From Bigelowiella natans CCMP2755 (taxonomy: Eukaryota > Protista > Cercozoa), in NCBI GenBank assembly GCA_000320545.1, contig ADNK01001860.1, positions 176,729 through 240,728 on the forward strand: 64,000 bases of DNA, read 5' to 3'. A program made the position numbers and the translations under genes. Every line of letters begins with the position of its first letter. Position 1 is the first letter of the stretch. The notes below the pieces were generated by a model that saw only the letters and a program-made list of their open reading frames with translations, was not told where the DNA came from and made no database searches. This document shows, in pieces, positions 1-11,692 of this stretch.

Positions 1-81
1 ACACCGCAGCAGCTATACATGCACATGATAACATAAAATACGCACGCACATTAAACTACACGCACACAAATAATATTGACC

Positions 82-1383
82 ATAGATCCAGTTGGACTTT
101 CCCATCGGAGGGTCGACGGCTAGTTTGAACAGAATACCGCGCACCAGGTACTTATCACCTGCATTATTGTAGTATTTTGGGTTAATGTAGTGAAAATTAG
201 AAGCAGAATTAAGTAGTAATAGTAGTGTATATGAGGGACAATTTGTATTTCAAAAGATTTACAGCTACATGAATATTGAGATATTTGCAGGCTCAAGATG
301 ATCTATCTACAAGTGGTAGGTATCATGGACCTCCTGCAACCCCGCCTAGCTTGTGTTTCTTCACGGTTCGTTTTTCGTGCAGAAAGTATTCTGTAATAGC
401 TGTGCGTCCGTAAGCCTGCACATCATAACCGCTTAGAGGAGAGCAAAACAATAATCTTGGTGTCGAGTAATCCCCTCAGTGTCACGCAGCAACTACCTTT
501 GCAATCTCAATGAAGTCAGTGCTGAGTTTGGTGAGCGTCTTGTACTTCACCAACACCTGAGAATAATAGCGTAATTTGCTAAGTATAGTAGTCCAATGGT
601 CAGCTTCTAACTTAATGTACATGCACATTTTGCATTCTACACCTCATGAGCAGTCCGCTCAGGTAGCTCTTCCGCTTCAAGAAAGGAGGAACTCCAATCT
701 TTCATTTCTACAACCTGCGTTTGATTGGCACGTTATGTCATGGAGAATGATTGAACTTGCCATACATCAATTATACCTGCCGATCGTCAAAGATAGACGT
801 GAGATTTAGGCTTTGCTTGAGGGACTTTTCATATTTTGTCTCCTCCTTCCGCTTGATTTTCATTCTCATTTTTCTCTCTTCTTCATCCTCTGGAGCATCC
901 TGAGCACCGTATCGAGAACCGCTTCCGGCAACCTTCAAATCATCGGGATTGGTGAGAGCGCCATAAGTTTCGCCCTGTTGAAAATATCGCGAATAATAAG
1001 GATAAATGGTAAGCCAAGCTATTCAAGAAAACATGAAGACACGAACAAAATGATGATGATATTGGGGAGGAGTATAAGTAGATGGGCTATCTAAATATAA
1101 TGTAGATGTGCTTGGTTGTTGTTACCTGTGCAGCTCCGTAGGCGTCAGTGCCATAAACGTCCCCGAGGGAAGCGTTGTACGAATCAATATCTATTCCATC
1201 ACCCCCTTCAAACTCTTCATCGTCGTTCGTCGGACCAAAGCCAAGGTCCTGCGCACCATACCGCGACCCATGTTCCGAGGTAACCTTTACCTTCTCTTCT
1301 GAATTCGTAGTTTTAGCTAACTCATCCTGCTCCTCCTGGGTCATGCCTTCAGGGACCAGGGAGGCCCCGTACTTGCTGCTCAT
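82..1383 (-). CDS. Clu (CLU-central/TIF31-related) domain protein, 5' part; multi-exon, continues beyond window start
   Basis: ATG at 1383 (MSSKYG...). Hand-spliced GT-AG exons give ...KLSTDFIEIAK-AYGRTAITEYFLHEKRTVKKHKLGGVAGG-DKYLVRGILFKLAVDP..., matching the 'DF...A..YG..II.E...GG.AGG.KY...GILFK.A.D' motif of protist Clu-domain proteins. Confidence 0.7.
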
Positions 1384-2023
1384 GATGGGATATTTTCTTC
1401 CTTTTACGGTAGAAAAACATGTCTAAAAAGTATAGATATTGTCCGCATCTTCTAAATACCAGATCTGAAGATATGCGAAATTAATTTAAGGAAGGATATC
1501 GTAAGATTTGAATTCTCATGATTACCAAAATTGATGTTTTCGGCCTGATATTCAGACTATTTACATGTGCGCAGCCGGAAACAGATTTTTCGTCTCCAAC
1601 GATGTCGTAAGGAGAAAATGTTAGGAAAATATCTACCGGAATTAATAATCAGAACGAAAAACTAACAACAATTGCAATAATGATGACATAGAGTCTACAT
1701 GTTTTTTATTTCACCTGGGCATTTACTCGAGATTATTGCCGTTGGAAACCCAGCTGACGATGCGTAGGAAACAGAGCTGAAAAATAATAAATGGATGGAT
1801 AATTATTCCTGCGACAACATATTTTTATTGTCGTCACAACAAAGCACAGAGTTTCGTTCCCTCATCAACATCGTCGCGGAACTGTACGGACTCAGGTTAG
1901 CTGTCTGGAGAGAGAGGCATTCTGTATTCAGAAGCTTGCCATTTCTTGCCGTGACATGTAGAGATTGATTGTGAGACTTCAGGAAATTTGTCTTATGTGC
2001 CTATTTCGTCGTGAAAGCTGATT

Positions 2024-2614
2024 ATGTCATATACCAAAGAAACCGTAATGGAGGATCAAGAAGAGGTGTTCGAAGTTGAAAGAATCGAGCACATAAGAAC
2101 GCGCAAAGGACAGAAAGAATATCTGATCAAATGGAAAGGCTACGGCGAATCTGAAAATTCTTGGGAACCTGCATCAAGTTTCGAAGAGGGTTTGGATAGT
2201 GCCCTAGCGAAATATTTGCAGAGGCGAGAATCTGAACAAAGACGCAAATCTCGTTCTTCTTACTCGAGGAAAGGTCGAAATACACCCTCGAGGAAAAAGA
2301 TAGCATCCACGAAAAAGGCATCAGCAAGCAGCACAAAGAGAAAGAAAACTGTTCCGGCCATAGGCACACGACGATCTGCACGCCTCAGCAAAAGGCAAAA
2401 AAATGCAATAGAGGATGTCGACAATGAAAGAGTGAGGGCGGGAATAAGGGAATTAAAGGCTGCCCTTGATGAGGCATATGAAGAAGGAGAAGAGGGAAGC
2501 AAAACTCCCGAACATGACGCAACAACTGAGGACACTGAAAACACTGAGAAAGCGGATGTTCCAGTATCAAATTTCGGATGGGCATCTATTTCGAGTATTT
2601 GTCCAATATCGTGA
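2024..2614 (+). CDS. Chromodomain protein (HP1/Polycomb-type chromodomain plus basic linker; no clear chromoshadow domain)
   Basis: Intronless 196-aa ORF with VFEVERIEHIRTRKGQKEYLIKWKGYGESENSWEP, a canonical chromodomain with aromatic-cage residues, followed by a K/R-rich segment. Confidence 0.85.
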   Translation: MSYTKETVMEDQEEVFEVERIEHIRTRKGQKEYLIKWKGYGESENSWEPASSFEEGLDSALAKYLQRRESEQRRKSRSSYSRKGRNTPSRKKIASTKKASASSTKRKKTVPAIGTRRSARLSKRQKNAIEDVDNERVRAGIRELKAALDEAYEEGEEGSKTPEHDATTEDTENTEKADVPVSNFGWASISSICPIS

Positions 2615-3601
2615 AGAGATGCGTCAAACCTCTGACACAGATCCGTTATGATTCAATTTGTGCACAAATTTAATGTCGAGTTGATGATGCAAAGTATCGA
2701 ATTCAATTGCTGTTTGTTCACATTGCATTGACTATCCATTGCACATGAGACATCTATCGCATAGCTCGGCGACCGTACATCGTATACAGCATGTAAGACG
2801 GATGTAATCAAATTAATCAAATTTGTTCAATGGCCATCCTCATATAGCTGTGCAATGCAGATATCACATCGTCGTGTTGAATCTGTTGGTCTCCGCTATG
2901 CTAGCTATGCATGTCTATCATTATGATGTGTTTAATGCAATCAAATGCATGTTGTTTCGGTCTTGAATGGCGCGCATTTCGCGCAGCAGTGCGTGTTTCC
3001 TTCTCATCGCAAGTCAATCTTTTCGTTTCGTCGTCGCGCATCACTATGGCAGTGGGCTGATTATATTAAGCAGCGTTGATGTGTGGTGTGTGCAATGCTA
3101 GCTAGAATGCGCGCTCCGCGCCTGGGCATACTTGGTAGCTATCTAGCTAAACATACACATATATCCTGTAGCAGAAACCAACAGATGCAACATTAGCGCT
3201 GTAGCCGCTGCATTGCACAGCTACATCAGGATGACCATTGAAAAATTTAATTCTTCATTACATTCGTCTCACACATATATCCTACGCAGGTGTAGCAGCA
3301 AGCAGATATCACATCGTCGTTCGAAAATTAATGCGCATGCATCATTACACATCGTATCGAATCGAATAATCGTAGCAGCATCATTAAGTATTATATTAGA
3401 CGGTGTGCTTGTATTAAACAAGAATGCGCATACTTATTTACACGACAAACTGCAGATGGAATGATACATATATACGATGTACGTATGCTAGCAACTCATG
3501 TAAATAGACCATGGTATTTTTTCCAACAAAGTTTTTCAGCGAAAACCTTTTTACACATACTTTTCTTTCATCATCGAACAATTTTTCTGCATACCCGCAC
3601 G

Positions 3602-4073
3602 CTAACGGAACAACGTGAGGAATAGGCAAATTGAGAAGTTGTTCGGGACTTCCAGTTTCTCTGAATCAGTAGTACCCTCCCCGAGGACCAGAACGCCGAG
3701 AATACTGAGAGTATACTCCTCCTTTTGTCTCCTAATGTAGAGCCGGCTACATTTAAGTATTTCACTCAATGGAGTACAAATTTTAATGTTACGTATGCGT
3801 AGCCACGGATGTTGTCCTCATACTCATCAATTTTCCCTAAACTCCGAATCGATTTGGCACGTTTGTCCAAAATCCTAATGAGTTAAGCACCAAGTACTTA
3901 CTATAGGCAACCCCGATTTATGGGTAAAGAAAAATAGAGTAAAAGGAGCTACTCTTGGAATTTCTTCGAGTCGTCTTCCGAAATCTTGATGGTCTTCAAG
4001 AAGGTCTGATAAGAAAGCGTACACAATTCTATCTGCTTACTTCACATTTTTTTGATGAACTTAAATATTTATA

Positions 4074-4144
<71 letters not shown>

Positions 4145-5029
4145 TACCACAAACTCATCTTTGGAAACGAAACCATTGCTGTCCTTATCAAGTCCTGTGA
4201 AATGGAGTCATATTTTAAAAAAATTTCTAAGCATATCATGCTTTGATGCTGTACCTGTCTTTGCATCGTCCTTCGCGATTTTAATTTTTACAATCTATTC
4301 AATTGTGTACCAAATAGTACCCTCAGAAGTTATGCTGTACTTTTCCACAATACGGGCAAAAAAAGATTACTAACAGCGCGTTTGAGCCGAGCAACATGAC
4401 CAACCTTGAGACCACTTTCCTATTTGTACATAAGCACACCCATAAACCAGTGACTACAAAATCTATGCTGGTTGAAAACCTTTTCGAATGATTCAAAGTC
4501 AGTGATTTCAAGGAGCTTTTCAAAGTCATATTTCTTCTCCTCAAGCTCTTTTTGCTGGCCAGTTAGGCGGGCCATCTGCAACAATCCCGCCAAACTGAAA
4601 ACAAGTATAATCATCGATAGGATAAAGGAGAATTTTCAGGGTCTGAATATTAATTTATACTCGGTCGGAACGGTGAAATCAGGTTCCTTGGCTTGTTTCT
4701 TCATTGCTGAAATGACTTCTTCGCTAACGTCCTTATAGATATAGATCATCAGAGCTGCTCCACTTCCTTGTGAAGCTGAGTAAATTGTTGCGAAATATTT
4801 GAAGAAAATATAAATCTCACTGCTGCAGTGAGCTCGGAGAAAAACTTGTCCAATTCCCGCGTTTCAAGCACATCGTTCTTGTTCGCATCGAATTCCTTGA
4901 TAAATACGTCGTCAAAAACCACCACTAGTAGCACCACAGAAAATAACAAGATTTTAGAATAAGGGTGGAGGGATTGGACTCACGCACAGAGAAGAGTTTT
5001 TGGGCAAGTCCTGATTCGCTTGCTCCCAT
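3602..5029 (-). CDS. Putative N-myristoylated EF-hand protein, multi-exon (3' end uncertain)
   Basis: Start MGASES (myristoylation consensus MGxxxS). Exon FIKEFDANKNDVLETRELDKFF contains an EF-hand loop DxNxNxxLxxxE. Short GT-AG introns. Confidence 0.5.
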
Positions 5030-5331
5030 GGCTGGAGTTGGGCGACGATAATATCTCCCGAGAAAAAGGTTGAAACAATAATATCGTCGGGTATTTTCAT
5101 CATGCGACAAAACTTTATTTCAATCAGGATAGGAATTGCATACTAGACGCTAGTCTTAACGCGCTGTCCTATTATTTTAAGATGGCGGAAAAAAAGATAT
5201 CACGGGATATAATCGTTGTCGCACACAGGATTTATCCTATGAATGTGGAATTGCCTCGGTTAGCTTGTGATCTTCTTTCTGGTGCTCGAATCCTCTTCGT
5301 GTCTTCTGGAAACGTCGATCATCAGTGGTTC

Positions 5332-6290
5332 CAAGGGGGATTCACTCCCCCGGGTTTTGGTCCGTGTCATGCTCGGAATCCAATCCAAACTTCTTCCGAA
5401 GCACCACAGAAGACTTCTGGACGTGTGAGAAGGTCCAGAATTGTCCAGAAAGGGGTGCAAAAAAGTGGATTTTCAAGGAAAAAAATCGAGGGCAAAAACT
5501 TTGGGTGCCGCGGAAAGGGTCCACTTTGCGTGTTGGCTCAAAAAAACATGCTCAGAGGCCGTGTCAACAGCAACTCCATCACCTCCAGAAGTTCCACTCC
5601 AAAGTTCGCAAAATTGAACGTTTCCGCGCCAAAAAGGTGCTTTTTTTTTGTGGTTTTGACTTTGGTGAGTTTTCGATGTGTGGCTCCTAGCGGCCTGCAC
5701 GGTGCCGATGCGGCAATCAATGAAGCTGGATGTGATGCGCGACGCGCAGCTCCAGAGCTGCTTGGGATTGGACGCACGAGCAAGACGTGTGGGCACGATG
5801 GCGCACACTGGCACACTTTGTGCGTGCGCCCAGCGCGCGCGCGCACGCAAGCACTCACAGCTTCCCACTCTGATGCACACTTGTCACTTGATCATCAAAT
5901 TGAAGCTAGACACGTCGCGACGTCGCGCACGACTGGATGATCGACGCTGCGCACGTGATCAGTCACACACGCTGGTGCACACATCGATGGGAAGGGCGGG
6001 AATGATGAACAATGAATGATGAACAAAGCATTGATCAAATCTGCATGCGCCAGGGAAGTGGGTTGGGCACATCTGAGACATCCCAGTGACTCGATGCCAA
6101 GAGTTCCGCCAATGTGCATCTTGGGCAATTTCACTGGACACTTTGTGGATGGTTTTTGAAGAAAACATTGAGGAATTTGAACAAAATTTGCATTTTTTTG
6201 GGTGAAATCGAAAAAATTTTCCCGGCTGACGCCGGGGCAAAACCGCCGAGCATGATGCGGACCAAAACCCGGGGGAGTGAAACCCCCTTG
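5332..6290. mobile_element. Non-autonomous TIR DNA transposon (MITE), P-element-like, 959 bp
   Basis: 45-bp terminal inverted repeats (5332-5376 and 6246-6290; CAAGGGGGWTTCACTCCCCCGGGTTTTGGTCCG..., 3 mismatches). Perfect 7-bp target-site duplication GTGGTTC (5325-5331, 6291-6297). CA...TG ends with a 7-8 bp TSD fit the P superfamily. No transposase visible. Confidence 0.85.
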
Positions 6291-6297
6291 GTGGTTC

Positions 6298-6530
6298 AAA
6301 GTTAGTTCGAGGCACTGCGTTTCGCACACTGCAAATCTCTTGTTGCAACATTTTGGAAGTGCAGTTTGTCATCATTGTTCATTGTGCATTGCTCTTTGTT
6401 CGAGGCACTGCGTTTCGCACACTGCAAATGCCAGAATGTCTTGCAACACTTTGAAAATGCGCGATCTAGCGATGCAGTTCATCATCATTGTTCATTCTAG
6501 CATTGTTCAGTTTCTTTCTTTTTCTATGGA
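6298..6530. repeat. Dispersed repeat family (core GTTCGAGGCACTGCGTTTCGCACACTGCAA), two copies; likely host of the MITE insertion
   Basis: 30-bp core at 6305-6334 and 6398-6427, identical to 42150-42179 and near-identical to 42545-42574; the 6305, 42150 and 42545 copies are followed by related TTTGGAAGTG...TCATTGTTC sequence. Confidence 0.8.
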
Positions 6531-7069
6531 ACGTTGAATCTTGAATCTCCCCCACATCTACTTGCTCAAGCTAGCAAGCTAGCAAGCTACACATGCAAGC
6601 AAGTTCCACCAGTGTCTGTGGCGAATGGTTCCACTCCATTGCAAGTGGATGCATGCATGGATGGGTACATTTACGCACGGACTGCTACGTAGTGATTTTT
6701 GGTGCACATATGCATGAGTACACATAGCCGCGCCACTGGTGCATACGGAGGAATTGTAGTCACATGCTAATACATGAGAAAAGTAATTTAATAATGTGCC
6801 ACGAACGTTATTTTGGTGGCGAAATAGTACTACATAGCCATGGACGCTGGGTACACACATGCGCATAATTGCATCTTAGCTTTCAGCGGAAATATGCCAC
6901 CGTCGTCCAATGAATTATGATTTGTCATGAAATATCCTCTTTTCCCCCCCCTTCCGATTCCGAATGGCAGAAGGCAATGGTGGATCAGAGATGCAACTTA
7001 CAATCCTCTCCTTCCTTCGATCGACGTGCACATCTTATGCATATTCACTTGAACCTATAAGATCATGTC

Positions 7070-10000
7070 GTTAGAATCTGCAAGTATCTTCGCTGATATT
7101 GACTGACGTAAATTGTATACTATATTTATGCTTTTTTATGTTATGCATTTTCTCGTCCTCTCGTCCTTCCCCCTCACTCTCCCGCACCCGCCCCCCCCCA
7201 TACATATAATATCCGTATAATGTACAATGATTTTTCATTCGACTTTCCTAACCTGGCCTTCACTGTGTTTCCATCGAATACCCGCCCATTTAAATCCTTA
7301 TTAAAAGTTATTATTATCACTATGTATCCCTTCATTGTTGGTGCTGCCGATTCATCAATGAATCAGCAAGAAAGAACGGCGTCGGAAGAGGAAGAGACGA
7401 AGAGAAGAGAAATAAAAGAGAGGGGGGAGGGAAGAGAAATAACATAACAGAGAAAAACACGCATTTACAACAAACACACAAAATACCAACCAGAAGCAAA
7501 AACAGGCAACAAAAGCACCCATTGTGAATCAACTATGGCGCTGCTGCTACAACTGCTGCTGCTTCTGCGCCTCAACTTAATTTTTCACGAGGACAACCTC
7601 ATCACAATCATCATACCATCCTCCTCCTCCTCATCATCACCATATTCACTTATCATCGTTGATGAGTGTCGCTCTTCATGACTGCTACTGCTACAAAATT
7701 CATACCTTAAGTGCTGCCTCCGCGGCTTTCGTGGTTTTAAAGCTTACAAACACTTTACCTCTATCGATACCGTCTTTAGAAATTGTGACGTTGGCGACCT
7801 GTGCAGATGGGAACGATGATGATGATGGTAACTATGATGATAATAATTACGATGGTGACAACAATAATAATGCTTATAATCCGGATAATTATGATGGCGA
7901 TCATAATAGTAATATTGATCATGTTTAAGTCGTAAAAATACATTACTGTCGACTTCAGAATCGATCAATCAACTACACGAGCGACAGCAGCAGCAGAAAC
8001 AATATTTGCGGCGATCACGACGTATCGATATACGAAATTTCTCTCCCTTCTCCCCTCTCTTCTTGCTCACTCGCCTTGCCTTCAGGCCCATATAAATCAG
8101 TGGCTAGCTTCTCTCTCTCTCTCTCTCTCTTATATCTCCACTAATCAATAGTTTTCTACATGTTGCCCTAACTCCTCGTTCTCCTTCTCACCTCTCCGAA
8201 ACCCTCGCATTCTATCTTGATATCTTCCAAACACTCCTTGTACCTGCCAACAGCACCATCCATTACTACTACTTCTTCTACTACTACTACTACTAACTAC
8301 TACAACTGCTACTACTACAGATGTATAGGGGGAGGGGGCTTTATAAATCCAATTCAACTGAGCATGCTGCAGATATCAATTCCATACAATCATAAGGATC
8401 ATCCTACTCTCGTTCGTCCTGCAGCATTTTCTCCGTGATCATGTTCTCCAGCACAATGTTTTGGGAGGGGGGCGGCGCGACGGTGGAGGAAGTGGTCGTT
8501 GCTACAGTCGTGTTAATCCCGGTGATGCCGCTCGTTATTGCCGGGTTGATATTCATCATCCCCCCAAGGCCCCTTGAAGAAGTAATTCGTCATCGTCGTG
8601 AAACAGCACCAAACACAACATCACATTAAATGACATCGAGCGCCACAACATAAATATACCAAACGTTACATCAAAATCCACAAAACAAAACCAAGAACAA
8701 CCACAACTTCAGAGCGCTGAAAAGGCATCGTCCGTCGTTGACTCTCACTCTACCCCCTCCCCCCCTCCTCTGTTGCCCCATCTTCAAAGCTGCTGTGATC
8801 TGCCGCAAAATTTATTTTCCCTATTATTATTCTCCACCACTATCGGTTGTAATAAATACCCGCTCAATGCTGCTGCAGCAGCTGCTTGCTGCATCTGAAG
8901 ACCAGCTGCCATCATGAGCGGATTCCTCATCGCAAGGCCTCCAAAGCCCCCTAGGCCGGTAGCAGCACCCAGTAGTCCTGCTCCTGCCCCAATGCCTCCT
9001 AGCCCCAACCCCATAGTGCCTGTGAGGCCCATAGACGGTCCAAGGCCACCGAGGACTCCACCTCCTTCAATTATAGCGATTGTAGTTCAAATTAAGTATA
9101 TATATAACTGTTGAAAGAATGTAATTCATTCATTACATCCGTCTCATAAGTATAATTTTTCCTCAAAGGAAAATGCGATATGCTGATGTAATTCGACAAA
9201 CAGAAATGTAGTGCAATTTGTGTGTCTTCCTCTAGTAGTGTCGTCGTCGTCGTCATCATCATCATCATCACCAACATCAACAAGAGCAATAATGAGATAC
9301 CACCGGGATTATAGCCCGCAGGGCGGCCAACTTTCAGCGGACGACCGACTAAATCCATGCCGTTTAATTGCAGCGCGCGGGTCGCAATCTCAGGGGTCTA
9401 TCAAACAACCAGACATCATGAGTCCTCCTCGTTGTAATGATATCAATATCATTTTCGTCATCATCATCCATCCCTATCAACACCTTAAATTCGATGAAAC
9501 AATACTTGCCGGAGTCGTTCATAGTACACCCCGCCACAACGTTTGGTCCCAGAGCCTGTTAAGCAATATTCTCTTTAGCTCGCATCGCAAACGTACACGC
9601 AGTCATACTCAATCATCCAATATGCGTGCTGCACACACTTGTACCAGCGTCACAACGACTTACCGAGTCGAAAAGGCTCGCGAGCATATCAGAGGTCACC
9701 CCTACTGTAATGTTGCCGACGTAGATCTCTCTAGCCTTCTTGTTTGGGTCGTTTTTGCTTGCCGCAGCCTTAATGATAATATGAAGAAGGAAGCACCCGA
9801 ACGATACCATACCAACGATTACTCAACAAGCGATGATTCAAAGGTGATTTTTGATCAAATCCGTATTGCTTATTTTATGAACGTCTATCGTTCCTTTCAT
9901 ATTCTCTCTACGTGGCGACATAACAGACGCGTGTTCTTCGAGGAGAACCCACCACATCATTGACGGCGCCGCTGTTAGGGTCGATGTATCCTCGAGGCCT

Positions 10001-10346
10001 GCCCGTGCGAATGGGACGGCCGACAAGGTTCTCCCCATTTACACCTAAAGCCTTAGTTGCAATTTCCGGAGTTCGAAATTCCACGAATGCAAACGTCCCG
10101 CCACTGTCAAGTTGGACCTGCAATCGCAACATATCCTCTAAATCATCGTTTCTGCGAGACATTTAGAGGGGCAGCAAGAATGAGAAGGGGGAGGGATTTG
10201 ATAGGGAAGACAACCCGTACGCAAGGTGGCCCATCTTTATGATATTGTTGAAGGACGTGGTGAGTGTTGAAGAAGGTGTGGACCTGTAGCAATAATTTAG
10301 TGCTCAGCAACGTAACTTAAATGTGTGAAAGGAGGCAGCACACACA

Positions 10347-10386
<40 letters not shown>

Positions 10387-10911
10387 ATGTCTCCACTTAT
10401 CCCTCGCTGCAGGTTTCCAACGTATAGTTCCCGCTGTTTTGGATTATCTGCCGGCTATCAAACAACAAACATCAGGGAATGAGTTGTGGAAGCAAACAGA
10501 GCAGTAGAAGTGCGCAGGGGCAGAGTAGAGAGTAGCATGGACGAATACACTTACATTCGAAACTCCAAGCTGAGCTTTTGCAATCTGTTCCTTGAGAAGC
10601 GCAGCGGCTGTTGCTGCAGCATCTACTGCAGATGATCTTGGCGCAGGTGCATTCTGAGCGGGGATACTACTTTGTGCTGGTATTGGTGTTGACGTGCTTG
10701 CGGGGGCGTTCGCTGGTGACGGACCCACATCCCAACCCCTCTGCTTCTTTCGCCTCCGACGGGGGGGATCACCATTGCCGTTTTCGGTTTTGGTATCATT
10801 AGCAGTGCTCTGAGTAGAAGCTTTGTGGTCGTTACTGGAGGTCGGCTCGATCTCTTTGCGATCACGCTTTTCACCCGGAGCTGCCTCTGTACTAGCTTGC
10901 GCGTCGCTCAT
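7070..10911 (-). CDS. U2AF large subunit (U2AF65)-like multi-RRM splicing factor, multi-exon (3' end approximate)
   Basis: Exons with RRM motifs: VQLDSGGTFAFVEFRTPEIATKAL...GRPIRTGRPRGYIDP; KKAREIYVGNITVGVT; MDLVGRPLKVGRPAGY; C-terminal DLNGRVFDGNTVKA (UHM). N-terminal RRRRKKQRGWDVGP resembles the U2AF65 ULM. Confidence 0.75.
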
Positions 10912-11692
10912 CGTATATGTAACTGCATCGAAATAAGTGGAGATGAATTAGACGGTTGAGTTGATCCAAATTCTTATTTTTTTAATTCCCTCCGGGAACA
11001 CATGCCAGAGGGATGCGTCATCATAATGGAATAATATCATCGACTTGCGGAATGCAGAAGAACTAGACTGGTCAAGAAAATTAAACTTCACTGAATTCTT
11101 TTGAGTAAAAGATGCCACAATGGGGAAATTGAACTTGCAATAACGTCGTGAAAGTGGCATTGAATTTACATTTGTACGCACCAGGACCGCGCGCGAAGAA
11201 CGGTTTGTGTGCGAGAGCGGAGGGGGCAAGGCGCAAAGGATTGAAAAGTACGAAGATAATTGTAGGACATTCTTTATAAGAGACATTCTTAGCTATCCAT
11301 GCTTGCTTCTTTCACCCAATATATATCGATTTTAACCTACGTCAATCGCTTTCTGCTGTCGCTCAATCTTAATTCATCCTGGTTTACTACTTCCAAAGAC
11401 CGTATGCCGAGAAGGTCTGCAGGCCTCAATTTCATATAATCGCCTTGGATATTTTGCTGCGTCATCCTCGATGAGGTGACGGCGCCATAAATTGGCATGC
11501 TTTGGGGAGCGAGCTTGGCCGAAAAAGGGCGCGAAAGTGGTCAAATATATTGGGACATGTGTTTTTGGACGAATTGAGGAGACAGAGCTCCCCACCCAAG
11601 TTTTGATTAAAAGGATTAGGTCAAGAGCAGTTCCTACTGCTAACCCGCCTTCACTGGAGCACTACACAGCGTCTACGGACCGACCAACGCTG

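Noticed and set aside
6305-6427. 30-bp repeats as a CRISPR array
   Set aside because: Only two units per locus, irregular and mutually similar spacers, eukaryotic context, no cas genes.
5182-6537. Long overlapping ORFs (e.g. 5182-5940, 252 aa) as genes or a transposase
   Set aside because: They cross the MITE boundary, show no transposase motifs, and are explained by loss of TAA/TAG stops.
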